Shown piece after piece: positions 52,069 through 64,000 of a stretch of DNA of 64,000 nucleotides; the stretch's first letter is position 1, and each line of letters starts with the position of its first letter. A program made the position numbers and the translations under genes. Where the stretch lies: positions 16,150,335 to 16,214,334 of the forward strand of contig JASCQW010000132.1 in the NCBI GenBank assembly GCA_030264375.1, written 5' to 3'. A model generated the notes under the pieces. The model had not been told where the DNA came from and did no database searches. It worked only from the letters and a program-made list of their open reading frames with translations. The DNA is from Carcharhinus longimanus (lineage: Eukaryota).

Positions 52069-53084
52069 CAGAATCATTTAACTTCACGATTCTATAGGTC
52101 GCACCATTTAGCTTAAATGGCTAATTACTCACCTTTGCTGCTGTAAGACCCAGAACAGGAGACTTTAGCCAGGTTTCTTTTAATACACTCAGGTGACTGA
52201 TATTTTATTATATAACAAGTTGGAAGAACTGATACACTTTATCCCTGTTTAACAATATCCCCAAGTTTATAGGGCAAATCTTTATAAACTTTAGTGTGAA
52301 GTTGATGGTGCTTTACATGTACATAATAAAGTTTGTGTTCAAAAAAAAAATGAAATCTTGTAGCTTTGGTGTCAGTTAATTGCTTTAAAATGTTAAATGG
52401 TCCCTAACCAGATTGAAACAATATGCACAAAATTCAATCCTGGGCCCCACTGTTCCTAATCCACCTTTAATGACTTTGTTTTCACAAGCCAAAATAAACA
52501 GCTTAAGTATGGAGATGATAGTAAATCCAAAGACAGTTAAAGATGGAAGCAGTACTCAAGGATACCCAAAAAAGTTAAATAAAATCTGAAATCAGGAAAG
52601 TCAGTGACATATGAAACTCAATAGAAAAGGATACAACACACGACAGGATAAATAGTGGCCCAAGTATTTGGGATCTAGGTGTGAAAGCACTTAACACACC
52701 AAATCTCTGTGGAAAGCAGTGAAAGCATGAATAGAATATTTACACTCATACAAGACATTAAAATAAACTGATACATCTCTTGCTGAAAATGTACAATGCA
52801 TTGGTTAGATCATACCTCAAGCAATGTTCCATTCTGGTTAACATACACAAGAGTAATTAATCATTTCAATTAAAAATAAAATGATGATTAAAGGAATGGG
52901 GCTATTGGGCTTCTTCATCTTTGGTCGGAGTATTATAGGAGTTGACAAGATGCTAAGCACCACAGTTTCTGATGATTTGCAGCATATGTTACTTCATGGT
53001 ATGCCAAAACACAAACTAGTTTAAACTAGTGAATGTTTGCACCAATTCTGAGGAAATTTCTTCAAACTTGAATGGACTGCCAGT

Positions 53085-53260
53085 CAGGGTTCCACCTATA
53101 AAGATCTATTTAAAAGAAATGCAGGGTATCCAGCTCAATATTTAACCTGCAGCCACCATTAAAACAGGTGATCAGGTATTATCACAGTTTGCTGGTCACA
53201 TTTGGCCACCTCATTTTTCCAACATCCTAACAGTACTTTGCTTCAAAAAGTGGCATTCTA
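53085..53260 (+). mobile_element. DeuSINE (SacSINE1-like) central/3' remnant
   Basis: CAATATTTAACC...TAAAACAGGTGATCAGGTATTATCACA...CTTCAAAAAGT. Confidence 0.5.
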
Positions 53261-53305
53261 AAGAGAACACAGGCAGGAATTCAAATCTACATTCCTCCAT
53301 TGAAG

Positions 53306-53614
53306 CATAGAATCCTACAGTGCAGGAAGCTGCCATTCGGCCCATCGAGTCTGCACCAACCACAATCCTACCCAGGCCCAATCCTCAGATCCCCGTGTGT
53401 TTACCTTAGCTAGTCCCCCAATACTAAGGAGCAATTTAGCATTGCCAATCCACCCATCTTTGGGCAATGGGAGGAAACCGGAGCACCCGGAGGAAACCCA
53501 CACAGATACAGGGAGAATGGGCAGACTCCGCGCAGAAGTGACCCAAGCCAGGAATTGAACCTGGGTCCCTGGTGCTGTGAGGCAGCTGTGCAAAACGTGC
53601 CACAGTGCCGCCCC
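53306..53614 (-). mobile_element. HE1/V-SINE-like, tail B
   Basis: Reverse-complement homolog of 49064-49390. Confidence 0.9.
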
Positions 53615-53901
53615 TATTTGATACAATTTCCCTAATGACACTCAGAATCATTTTATGTTTTTAAACTCTGTGGCTTATTTCTTGTCCAAACATTTCAATC
53701 AGTTGAAGTAACAAGGTGATAACTGGTAAACAGTAATTCTGACGTAGTTTTCTAGCATTCATTTAGCAGCTATGGTACACATTTTGAGCTGGAATGGTGA
53801 GTGGTATCATAAATATAATAGTCGGAATTCAGATACACAACCAAAGAATCCCCAGATTGGAGAATCCAGAGAAGGATACTAAATTCGTCACTGGGCCAAT
53901 A

Positions 53902-53976
53902 ATAGAACATAGAACATAGAACATACAGCGCGGAACAGGCCCTTCGGCCCACAATGTTGCGCCGGCCAGTCTTGTT
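53902..53976 (-). mobile_element. Young CR1-like 3' end with (ATAGAAC)n tail
   Basis: Tandem 7-mer tail then ACAGGCCCTTCGGCCCAC, CpGs retained, abuts a gap. Confidence 0.75.
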
Positions 53977-54761
53977 NNNNNNNNNNNNNNNNNNNNNNNN
54001 NNNNNNNNNNNNNNNNNNNNNNNNNNNNNNNNNNNNNNNNNNNNNNNNNNNNNNNNNNNNNNNNNNNNNNNNNNNNNNNNNNNNNNNNNNNNNNNNNNNN
54101 NNNNNNNNNNNNNNNNNNNNNNNNNNNNNNNNNNNNNNNNNNNNNNNNNNNNNNNNNNNNNNNNNNNNNNNNNNNNNNNNNNNNNNNNNNNNNNNNNNNN
54201 NNNNNNNNNNNNNNNNNNNNNNNNNNNNNNNNNNNNNNNNNNNNNNNNNNNNNNNNNNNNNNNNNNNNNNNNNNNNNNNNNNNNNNNNNNNNNNNNNNNN
54301 NNNNNNNNNNNNNNNNNNNNNNNNNNNNNNNNNNNNNNNNNNNNNNNNNNNNNNNNNNNNNNNNNNNNNNNNNNNNNNNNNNNNNNNNNNNNNNNNNNNN
54401 NNNNNNNNNNNNNNNNNNNNNNNNNNNNNNNNNNNNNNNNNNNNNNNNNNNNNNNNNNNNNNNNNNNNNNNNNNNNNNNNNNNNNNNNNNNNNNNNNNNN
54501 NNNNNNNNNNNNNNNNNNNNNNNNNNNNNNNNNNNNNNNNNNNNNNNNNNNNNNNNNNNNNNNNNNNNNNNNNNNNNNNNNNNNNNNNNNNNNNNNNNNN
54601 NNNNNNNNNNNNNNNNNNNNNNNNNNNNNNNNNNNNNNNNNNNNNNNNNNNNNNNNNNNNNNNNNNNNNNNNNNNNNNNNNNNNNNNNNNNNNNNNNNNN
54701 NNNNNNNNNNNNNNNNNNNNNNNNNNNNNNNNNNNNNNNNNNNNNNNNNNNNNNNNNNNNN

Positions 54762-54838
54762 GACTAACCCGAAAGCTTGTGCGTTTACTATCAAATAAAT
54801 CGGTTGGACTAAAACCTGGTGTTGTCAGACTTTTTACG
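54762..54838 (+). mobile_element. Penelope-like element terminus
   Basis: CCGAAAGCTTGTG...AAATAAATCGGTTGGACTAAAACCTGGTGTTGTCAGAC, matching 836-869. Confidence 0.65.
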
Positions 54839-55103
54839 GCCTTGAGGCCTACATGGGAGTCTAGAATGGGGGAGAGGGGCAAGCAAGGACCAGCAGTGTC
54901 CACTAGCTTAATGGTGAGTCAGGCAAAGTGTCCCATCAGAACAGCCATGAAGTTTCAGAATTAACCTTTCTAACTTCAAGGAATACTATAGATTTTCCAG
55001 TTGGAAAACTAATGGGTGTTAGGTGTCATTACAATCCATCCGACTGTTATAGAATAATCCCACCAGATTTACCCATCAGTCAAAAAGGCTTGCTTCATAA
55101 AAT

Positions 55104-55410
55104 ATCATAGAATCCCTACAGTACAGAAGGAGGCCATTCAGTCGGTTGAGTCTGCACTGACCACAATCCCATCCTGGCCCTCTTCCTGCAACGCCACACG
55201 TTTTGCCCTACTAATCCTCCTGACGTTCAAGGACAATACAGCATGGCCAATCATCCTAACCCACATACTGTGGGAGGAAACTGGAGCACCCGGAGGAAAC
55301 CTACGCAGACACAGGGAGAATGTGCAAACTCCATACATAGTGACCCCAGGCCGGAATTGAACCTAGGACCCTGGTGCTGTGAGGCAGCAGTGCTAACCAC
55401 TGTGCCACCC
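55104..55410 (-). mobile_element. HE1/V-SINE-like, tail B
   Basis: Homolog of 53306-53614. Confidence 0.9.
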
Positions 55411-56260
55411 AAGTCAAGGAGCAGGTGATACATTTAAACCAAACTTCAAGTCAGAATAAAATGCAACATTGCTGAAGATACACAGATGTAAGGCATCTTT
55501 TTAACTATCAGAAAAATAAACCTTTCACAACAGGAATCTTCATCAGGAGCTTCCTCAAGAAAGTTTTGAGAAAAGTAATATAGCAAAGTTTAATGGGATA
55601 ATTTTTTTGTTTGAATTGTTTAAAAATTTGCAGCTTAGATCAAAAGAACCATTTATCTCGTTCCTCGGTTTAATTTGCAGTGCTATTCCTCTGCAAGAAA
55701 TAGTGGCTGTAAGAAAGGTAAACAAATCCTCCTTGGCCTGCCTAATAGCCATCAACATTGTTGACTACACCATTTTCTTCTGCTGTCTCTCTGTCCAACC
55801 CTGCTGCTGAAATCTTCATCTGTGTCTTTGTTACTCTAGATATGACTATTTCAAAGCACTCAACTCTCTGTAAACTTGAAGTCATCCAAAACTCTGCCAC
55901 TAGTGTCCCAACTCACATCAAGTCCTGTGCACCCACCATCTGTGCTCATTACCTCCCAATTAAACACCTATTTTCTAAAATCCTCATCCATGGGTTTAAC
56001 CTTCCATACTTCTAGGACCATAATTCTTCCAGGTTTGTTTTGTAAATAAAGAAATGTTTTTCAGTTATTAGTAGGTGAATTCTCTTCCTCAGAAAGCAAT
56101 GGAGGTTGGATCATTGAATTTATTCAAAGCATATTTAGACAAGATTTTGAAAAACAAGGGAGTTAAGAGTTATGGATGGTAGACAAGAAAGTGCAGTCAA
56201 AACCATAACGGCACAGCAGGCTTGAAAGGCTTAATGGCCTACTTCCAGGTCCTAGTTTGT

Positions 56261-56554
56261 AGTTTACTTATTAGTGTCACAAGTAGGCTTACGTCAATAC
56301 TGCAATGAAGTTACTGTGAAAATTCCCTAGTCGCCTTACTCTGGTGGCTATTTCGGATACAGAGGGAGAATTTAGCATGGCCAATGCACCCAACCAGCAG
56401 GTCTTTCTTTGGATTGTGGGAGGAAACAGGAGCACCCAGAGGTACCCATGCAGACACGGGGAGAACGTGCAGACCCCACACAGGCAGACAGTGACCCAAG
56501 CCAAGAATTGAACCTGAGTCTCTGGTGCTGTGAGGCAGCAGTGCTAACCACTGT
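56261..56554 (-). mobile_element. HE1/V-SINE-like, tail A
   Basis: Homolog of 1075-1370. It follows a CR1 3' end at about 56040-56260. Confidence 0.9.
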
Positions 56555-57851
56555 TCCTGTTTCTACACTTTTCCAATTTTGGCCTCAAGTCTTATAATTA
56601 CTTCACCATTGGTGGCTGTATCTTCAGCAGCAAAAGATGCTAATCTCTGGAATTCCCTCTTTCAGCCTCACTTTCCTCCTTTAAGACACTCCCATAAAAC
56701 CTACCAGTTTCCCATTTAACCAAGTTTTTGGTCAGCTGTCTTAATATCTCAGGTAACTCGGTGTTTGTTGAATTTTAATTTATAATGCTCCTATTAAGCA
56801 CCTTGGAATATTTTATTATGGTCAAAATGCTTTATAAACACAACTTGTTGTTATGAAGATCTGTTGTTTGGCAAGCGAGCCCAAGATTCATGCCTGCTAA
56901 ATAAATTTAAAATTGTTGGTTAACACCCAAAGGTTAAAAATTTTAAAAATTAGTTCTTCTGAAAAATGGAATTTGATCACAGTACAATGTCCATTATTCT
57001 TTTGCAGTTAAGACACAAAAACATACATAGTAAACAGAAGCAAACAAGGAGACAGAGGTTTTAAACAATTATGATGTATTTTGAAAATTGAACACGGAAA
57101 GACTATTTCTTTGAGAAGTCAGTGAGAAAAGGTGATCACTTTAAAATTGTCAAAGGATAAGGAGGAGCCAAGAGAAATCTCTTTACACATGTGTGGCATG
57201 AAATGCTTTGCCACAGGGATGTATGAGGCAGAGATCATAATTGGTTCCTACGCACCAAAGGCACCTCTGATTGAATGCATCATAGCCGTTTCTAACACAC
57301 AGTTGCGGATTCCTGCCATACCAGGAGCAGCTCAAACAGTTTCAATGTCTGCTTCTAAAAAAGTGACAGCGATTCAAACATCCCACGCTGTGCTGAGACT
57401 GCCCTGCATTGCAGCTCATCTGGCTATGCAAAGCTGCATCAGCTGAAATTAAATTTCTGTGGTATGTTCTGATTACTACATGGAGGTAGAGATCATTGAA
57501 GCAGTTGGCTTTTTGAGGCATATAGTCTCTGCATGAGTAAAGGCAGGTTACATAATTTAGACTTCTCAATTTCTTCAACTCCCCCAACCCCTCCCCTGAT
57601 CCTCCAGTTTCTGAAATCAATACATTTGAACTTTGCAATCTTCTTGAGAAAAGGACCTTTAGGTAAAGAAGTGGTGCAAATGCAACATAAATCTCCAATC
57701 TGGCACTAAGCAGAACTGTTTTGCGAAAAGATTGCAAGCCTCTTATAATTAACATAAATAACCAAAATGGTATACTACAGAATCTCAGTGAGAGATAACG
57801 GAAGTACCTCCGACCCTGCTCTCCCTATTTTTAAAAGTGAACACTTAATAG

Positions 57852-58530
57852 AAAAGCAAAACATCGAAAATGCTGGAAGTTGAAAACAAACCTAAAAAAT
57901 ACAGGAAATACTCAGTGCCAGCATCATCTGTGGAAAGAGAAAGTGAACTAAAGTTTCAGCTTGATAACCTTTTATTGGAACTGGAAAAAGTCAGATGTAA
58001 CAGCTTTTCAGCAAGCACAATGGCAAAGGTGGACACGGGAGGAAAGAACAAAAGGAGAAATCAAATAATAAGACAGTGGTAATGAAACAAGCAAAGAAGC
58101 AAAAAAAAATTCTTTAAAGTCTAGAGGAGCTAATAAATAGTCATGTCAGAGTCATCACCAACAGCTGGTAGGGAAAAGGGGGAAGTGGTTACAACCTGAA
58201 AATGTTGGACTCAAACACAGATTTCCAAAAAAATTGAAGAGGAAGTGCTGTTCCTTGAGCTGTAAAAAGGTTTGGAGGCCAAGGACAGAGAGGTCAAAGT
58301 GGGGCAGAAAATCACATCCCTTTATTGAACTCTCTCATTCTGTCCTTCCCTCTCTCCTCCCCCTTCCTCTGTACTGGCTTAAAATCTCTTGCACCTCCAT
58401 TTTCCAGTTCTGAATCACATTGATGAAAGAGTTGACTGTTCAGATCACGGATGCTGCCAGACCTGCTGAGCATTTCCAGCACCATTTTTGAATTTAGATT
58501 TCTAGCACCTGGAGTATTTTGCTTTCGTTT
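57852..58530. mobile_element. Long Penelope-derived fold-back element
   Basis: Termini AAAAGCAAAA...TGCTGGAAG and TCTAGCACCTGGAGTATTTTGCTTT are inverted, as are inner GAACTGGAAAA and TTTTCCAGTTC. Confidence 0.65.
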
Positions 58531-58767
58531 TGGTGTTTAATTCACTGCCACTTCTCTTGCAAGAAGAGTTACCTTGGAGAAGTTGTGGCACAATTTTAGG
58601 TTGCCTCTTTTACCTTATTTGCTTTCATTTATTTTGGTTTCCTTTCTCATGTTTGATCAAGTATTTACAGTCATGCTTCTTGCTTAACAATTACCTATAG
58701 TTCAGTGTAGGTTCCAACTGAAAATCCACCTTTTCTGTTATGTTTCAGATCAACCACTATTACATGC

Positions 58768-58992
58768 CATGATTAAACCAGGGCCTTTCTGCTCTCTGTG
58801 GTTCAGTACATCATCATATGATGCATTTACTGCCAAGTCATAAGGACAGCCCCACAGATGGTTTGTTAAGTGTTAAAATGCACAATTAATATTGTGTAAT
58901 CTTCATTGTCAAAGAAACGTACAGCATCTGTATGTTTCATAACTGGCATAATGGTTTGAATAACACAAGCACAACATGCTGCCCTAACATGT
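58768..58992. repeat. Local direct repeat, copy 1, with internal imperfect palindrome
   Basis: Collinear with 60485-60710. Confidence 0.92.
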
Positions 58993-59289
58993 CAAGCTGT
59001 CCAGCTCATTGAAACACCACTCTCACTGCACTGAGGCCCACAGTCAGTCACACACCACAAATATGCATGTTCTTGACCACTGTTCAGCAGCACCACTCAC
59101 CTGCTCTCCACTCAATGTGGTCTTGTTCCACAGCACGTCTGTTTTGGATCTCAACACCCTTTTAAATACTTCTTTTGACTCCATCTTTCTTTACAATCTC
59201 ACGCTTTTGTGTTTTCATTCCCTCTGACTCTGAACAATTAGTTCATCACTTACATCCTCACCCCAATAAATTTTCAGCAAAGCTCTTCT

Positions 59290-60186
59290 AGATGAAAGAG
59301 CCTAGGGCATTGTGGCTAAGTTTGCAGAAGATACAAAGCTAAGTGGAGGGACAGGTAGCATTGAGGAGGCAGGGAGGCTGCAGAAGGACTTGGACAGGTT
59401 AGGAGAGTGTGCAGTGAAGCGGCAGATGGAATACAACATGGGAAAGTGTGAGGTAAAGCACTTCGGTAGGAAGAAGAGGTATAGACTATTTTCTAAATGG
59501 GGAGAGAATTCAGAAAAAGGAAGTGGAAAGGGACTTGAGTCCTAGTTCAGGGTTGTCTTAAGGTTAACTTGCAGGTTGACTTGGTAGTTAGGAAGTCAAA
59601 TGCAATGTTAGCATTCATTTCAAGAGAACTAGAATACAAAAGCAAGGATGTACTGCTGAGGCTTTATAAGCTCTGGTCAGACCATATTTGGAATTGTGAG
59701 CAATTTTGGGCTCCGTATCTGAGAACAATGTGCTGGCCTTAGAGATTCCAGAGGAGGTTCACAAAAGTGATCCCAGGAATGAAAAGAAGTGTTCGAGGAC
59801 TCTGGATCTGTGCTCCATAGAGATTAGAAGGATGAGGGGGATCTCAGAAACTTACAGAATAATGAAAAACCAGATAGAGTGGATATGGGGGAAAGGTGTT
59901 TCCATCAGTAGGAGAGATGAGGATCCCAGGGCACAGCCTCAGAGTAAAAGGGATGATACCATAGAATTGAGATGAAAAGGAATTTCTTCATCCAGAGGAT
60001 GGTGGATCTATGGAATTCATTGCTGCAAAAAACTGTGAAGGCCAAGTCATTGAGTGTATTAAGGCAGAGGTGGATAGGTTCTTGATTGGTAAGGGGATCA
60101 AAGGTTACAGGGAAAAGATGGGAGAATGGCATTGAGAAGCTTATCAGCCATGACTAAAAGGGGGAGCAGACTCGATGGGCCGAATG
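59290..60186 (+). mobile_element. 5'-truncated CR1-like LINE (RT to 3' end)
   Basis: AKFAEDTKLSG...LQKDLDRLGE...QMEYNMGKCEV, tail GCAGACTCGATGGGCCGAATGG. Confidence 0.9.
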
Positions 60187-60484
60187 GGATGTTTTACTCC
60201 GTAAAAATGCTATATAAATGCAAATTATTTCTATGAACAGCACAAAAATTTTGTAATACAGGAAAATTCTAACATTATGGTATTACACTGAGGTCACATT
60301 TTTAAATGGATAGTTGCTCACTACTTCTCCATCCCAAAACAAAGCTCTACAAATCCCAAGACAAAAAGAGCAAACAATGACCAGCACATTGCACCAGCAG
60401 ATGGAGCTAGAGAGGGAACATAAATCACAGTACGGAGTCACACTTAATGTCAATCAAGTCAGCTGAGACCACAAACACACACAC

Positions 60485-60710
60485 CTTGATGAAGTCAGGA
60501 CCTTTCTGCTCTGTGTGGTTCAGTATATCACCATATCATGCATTTACTGCCAAGTCATAAGGACAACCCCACAGATGTTTTTGGTGAGTGTTAAAATGCA
60601 TGATTAATACTGTGTAATCTTCAATGTCAAAGAAATGTACACCATCTGTATGTTTTATAACTGGCATAATGATTTGAGTAACACAAGCTCAACATGCTGT
60701 TCTAACATGT
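60485..60710. repeat. Local direct repeat, copy 2
   Basis: Collinear with 58768-58992. Confidence 0.92.
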
Positions 60711-60890
60711 AGTGAACTTGTCTGTTGATGAAACAAACTATTCTCATCTTCAAAAGGGAGTCCCAAAATATAAATTTGAAGCTACAGTTCTCCACCTAGT
60801 GGGCCACAGAGTTAGTTAGCTACCCTTAACAGGAGGGGAAAAATGACAGTAAGCCAGCAAGATGCTCAGCTATTTTTTCTGCCAGGCATT

Positions 60891-61156
60891 TAAAGTTTAT
60901 TTATTAGTCACAACTAAGGTTTACATTAACACTACAATGAAATTACTGTGTAATTCCCCTAGTCGCCGCAGTCCAGCACCTGTTCGGGTCAATGCATCTA
61001 ACCAGCATGTCTTTCAGAATGTGGGAGAAAGCCCAAAGGAAACCCATGCAGACACAGGGAGAACGTGCAAACTCCTCACAAACAGTGACTCAAGCCGGGA
61101 ATTGAACCCGGGTCCCTGGTGCTGTGAAGCTAACCACTGTGCTACCCTGTCGTCCC
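60891..61156 (-). mobile_element. HE1/V-SINE-like, tail A
   Basis: Homolog of 46628-46911. Confidence 0.88.
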
Positions 61157-63229
61157 GCACTTGAAAGACAGGCAAGATTTACCCCACCAGTCTTGGATGG
61201 CTGCATAGCAAATTTAAAAAGGTACAGAGGGTTTGCATTAAAATGTCATGAATAAAATTTGCAGTTATAATCTAGATCACTTTCTAAAAGAACGAACCAC
61301 CAAATATCCACGCGAAAGACCAGCAACTAAATTCAACGAGTTAGAGTCTAACTGTATGTTAGTAAGTGGGAATCATTATCCACTTAACCAGGATAATGCA
61401 ATCTCACATTTTCAACATGGCTTTTTCATAGCGATGTTCGAAGACTGTGGTTTTACAGTTTTGAAGCCTACAATTATCATTAAGTGTCATATTTGCAGGG
61501 TGGATTTAAGCTCTCAGAAGTTCCATGCCTTTAAAATTACCCTGAAGAATACCATTTTATCTGTCCCAAAGATGTTCCCATTTTTTATGTGGATATAGCA
61601 ACAAAACATAATCAGAGCACTACCAGGAAGCAGAAGCTCTCTGCAAATGTTTTCACTACATGCAAAGATATTCTAGAAACAAAGAGGTGTCCCTCATTGA
61701 CATCCCCTTTACTATAAATTCAGGGATGAGGCACTTGTTTGTTTGGAATATCTTTACACTATCTTTTCCCCTTAGAGAGAATGGTGTGGAGCATTGGAAG
61801 GATTTACAAGGCTGAATAACAACACATTGAATCACGTCATTAAATGTTGGAATGGACTTGGTCAAAGACAGATGTGCCATCAAGTGAACCCCAAGACCTG
61901 GATGAGCGATGAGGTTATCAAATACAATAAGTGCAAAAATTGTGATTGGTGAAATATAAATCTGATGTACATAAAATTAGTGGTACTCATAATGGTATAC
62001 TTTAGTGCTGCAATTCTGTGATTCAATGAAAACATGAAGAAATTTTGTTTAAAACATATAATCTGTTCATGTATAAAGATTTGAACTATGCTACAAAAGG
62101 CGACTAGATGCTGAAACTGAAAAGCATGGAGATTGCCAGAATCACACTGAGGCTTCAGATACCAGAGTCGGGATAAGTGGCAAAAGTACTTCTGTGATCC
62201 CAGGCAAGGAGTGGATGGGAGACAACTGGAAAAATAACCTTCCTGGAATTTCAGGTAGAATAATAGCAGATCATGAACATCAAATTGATGGAGATCACAA
62301 CTGATGATACATTTCCTGTTTCTGATGTGTCTTATGGGAAACAAAGAAGGGCAAGTGGGTGAAGTGAGAGTTGGCGACCATATTGGGGATAGTGATCACA
62401 ATTCAGTTAAAATTTAACATTACTATGGAAAAGGAAAAGATGAAACAGAAGCAAAAGTTTTGAACTGGGGAAGGCAAATATCGCAGGAATGAGAAGGGAC
62501 ATGGTTGAGGTGGACTGGAAAGCACTGTAGAGGATAAATCAGTGGATAACCCAGTGGGAAGCATTCAAAAGCGAGATTCTAAATGTACAAAGTAGACACA
62601 GCCCCTCCAAAAATAATAGTGGTACTGCCAAATCTAGACCTTCCCTGGTTGTCTAGAGAAATACAGGGGAAGATCAAACAGAAAAAGAAAATGCACATAG
62701 GCACAAAGAACTAAGCACTGCAGTTATCCTAGATTATTATAGGACGTACAAAAACGAAGTAAAAAAGGGAATAAGGAAATCAAAGAGGGGGCACGAAATA
62801 AAATTAGCAAGTAAAATTAAAGAAAACCAAAAGATATTTTAACAATATATTTATGGTAGAAGGTTAGTTAAGGAAAAAATGGGACCCATCAGAGATGAAG
62901 AAGGGTACTTGTGTGCAGATGCAGAGGCTGTGGAATGATTTTAATTAATATTTTGTCTCTGTGTTTACAAAGGAAAAGGATGATGCAGATATAGTAGTTC
63001 AGGAGGAACACTGAGACATAGTGGATGGGATAATCATAAAGAGAGAGGAAGTACTTGAAGGATTGGAATCAATGAAAGTTAATAAGTCATCAGAGCCAGT
63101 TGGATTGTTTCCAAAGCTGCTGAAGAAGATTAAGGAGATGATAGCATATGTTCTGAGGACGATTTTTTAATCCTCACCAGAAAGGAAGGAGGTACCAGAG
63201 GACTGGAGAAATGCAAGCATAGTTCCATT

Positions 63230-63610
63230 ATAGAATCATAGAATCCCTGCAGTACAGCAGGAGGCCATTTGACCCATCAAGTCTGCACCAACAACAATCC
63301 CATCCAGGTCCTATTCCCTTAACCCTCATTTACCTTGCTAATCCCCCTGACACTAGAGTCAAGTTAGCATGGCCAATCAACCAAACCGGCACATCTTTGG
63401 AATGTGGGAGGAAACTGGAGCACTCAGGGAACACCTATGCAGACACGGGGAGAATATGCAAACTCCACACAGACAGCGACCCAAGGCCGGAATTGAACCT
63501 GGATTCCTGACACTAAGGCAGCAGTGCTAACCACTGTGCCGCTGTGCCCACCATGTGCCACCGTGACCCCCATGTGCCACCATGCCCTTCCCCATGCCAC
63601 CCTGCCCCCC
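63230..63610 (-). mobile_element. HE1/V-SINE-like, tail B, with repeated 5' end
   Basis: Inserted into the CR1 copy between two CCATT pentamers. Confidence 0.88.
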
Positions 63611-63819
63611 CCATTGTTTAAAAATGGATCAAAGGAAATGCCAAGCAATTATAGACAGTTAGTCTTACATTGGTGGTGGGCAAATTAGTAGGATCAATCC
63701 TGAGATAGGATTAACTGTCATGTAGAAAGACATGGACGAGTCAGGGATGGTCAGCATGAATTTGTCAAAGAAGATCTTGCCTCACAAATTTGATAAAATT
63801 CTTTGAGGAAGTGACAAGA

Positions 63820-63956
63820 AAGACATGCTGGATAGGTTCATTTGGCCGTGCTAAATTCTCTGTCAGTGCAACCTGAACAGGTGCCGGAGTGTGATGACTA
63901 AGAGATTTTCACAGTAACTTCATTTCAGTGTTAATATAAGCCTACTTGTGACACTA
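63820..63956 (+). mobile_element. 5'-truncated HE1/V-SINE-like, tail A
   Basis: Matches 1225-1360. Confidence 0.85.
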
Positions 63957-64000
63957 CTTGAAAATCTTTGAAAAAAACAAGAAGGGCTGATGAAGGTAGT

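Larger units (their letters stand above)
62130..64000 (+). mobile_element. Decayed CR1-like ORF2 with two SINE insertions
   Basis: GDSDHNSV near 62387, NYRQ..SLTLVVGKL near 63650, QHEFVK near 63752. Confidence 0.85.

Noticed and set aside
53770-54964. Long ORFs of 200-377 aa (also near 14.1, 43.0 and 51.2 kb)
   Set aside because: Their length comes from translating N gaps.
58768-60710. Direct repeats as LTRs of a retrotransposon
   Set aside because: No TG...CA termini, PBS or PPT are evident, and the interior is a CR1 fragment plus non-coding sequence rather than gag/pol.

Overview
This is eukaryotic DNA from a vertebrate, very probably a shark or ray (inferred from HE1/V-SINE-like, DeuSINE-like, CR1-like and Penelope-like repeats), in a gapped draft assembly. 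It is the en2-cnpy1 syntenic locus. A complete two-exon engrailed-2 gene lies on + (16275-16815 joined to 20105-20421, 285 aa, EH1-EH5 intact, with a 29-glycine tract); the ORF track misses exon 2. The last three coding exons of a convergent canopy-1 gene lie on - (32839-32633, 32275-32179, 30279-30236); I could not find its 5' exons. Roughly 1.5-29.5 kb is CpG-retaining, repeat-poor and rich in candidate enhancer motif clusters, whereas >36 kb is a nested pile of decayed LINEs and SINEs that includes a tRNA-Ile(AAT) pseudogene. I see no prokaryotic system, CRISPR array or intact transposon ORF, and I cannot support a claim of a new multi-gene system. The best leads are: a duplicated ~225-bp unit containing a ~130-nt hairpin (58.8 and 60.5 kb); one SINE head carrying two different LINE-derived tails; Penelope-derived fold-backs with decayed hammerhead cores; an orphan promoter/CTCF-like motif cluster at 1.9 kb; and an atypical Cnpy1 C-terminus. 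Repeat family names come from my recall of consensus sequences rather than a search, and repeat boundaries are approximate.
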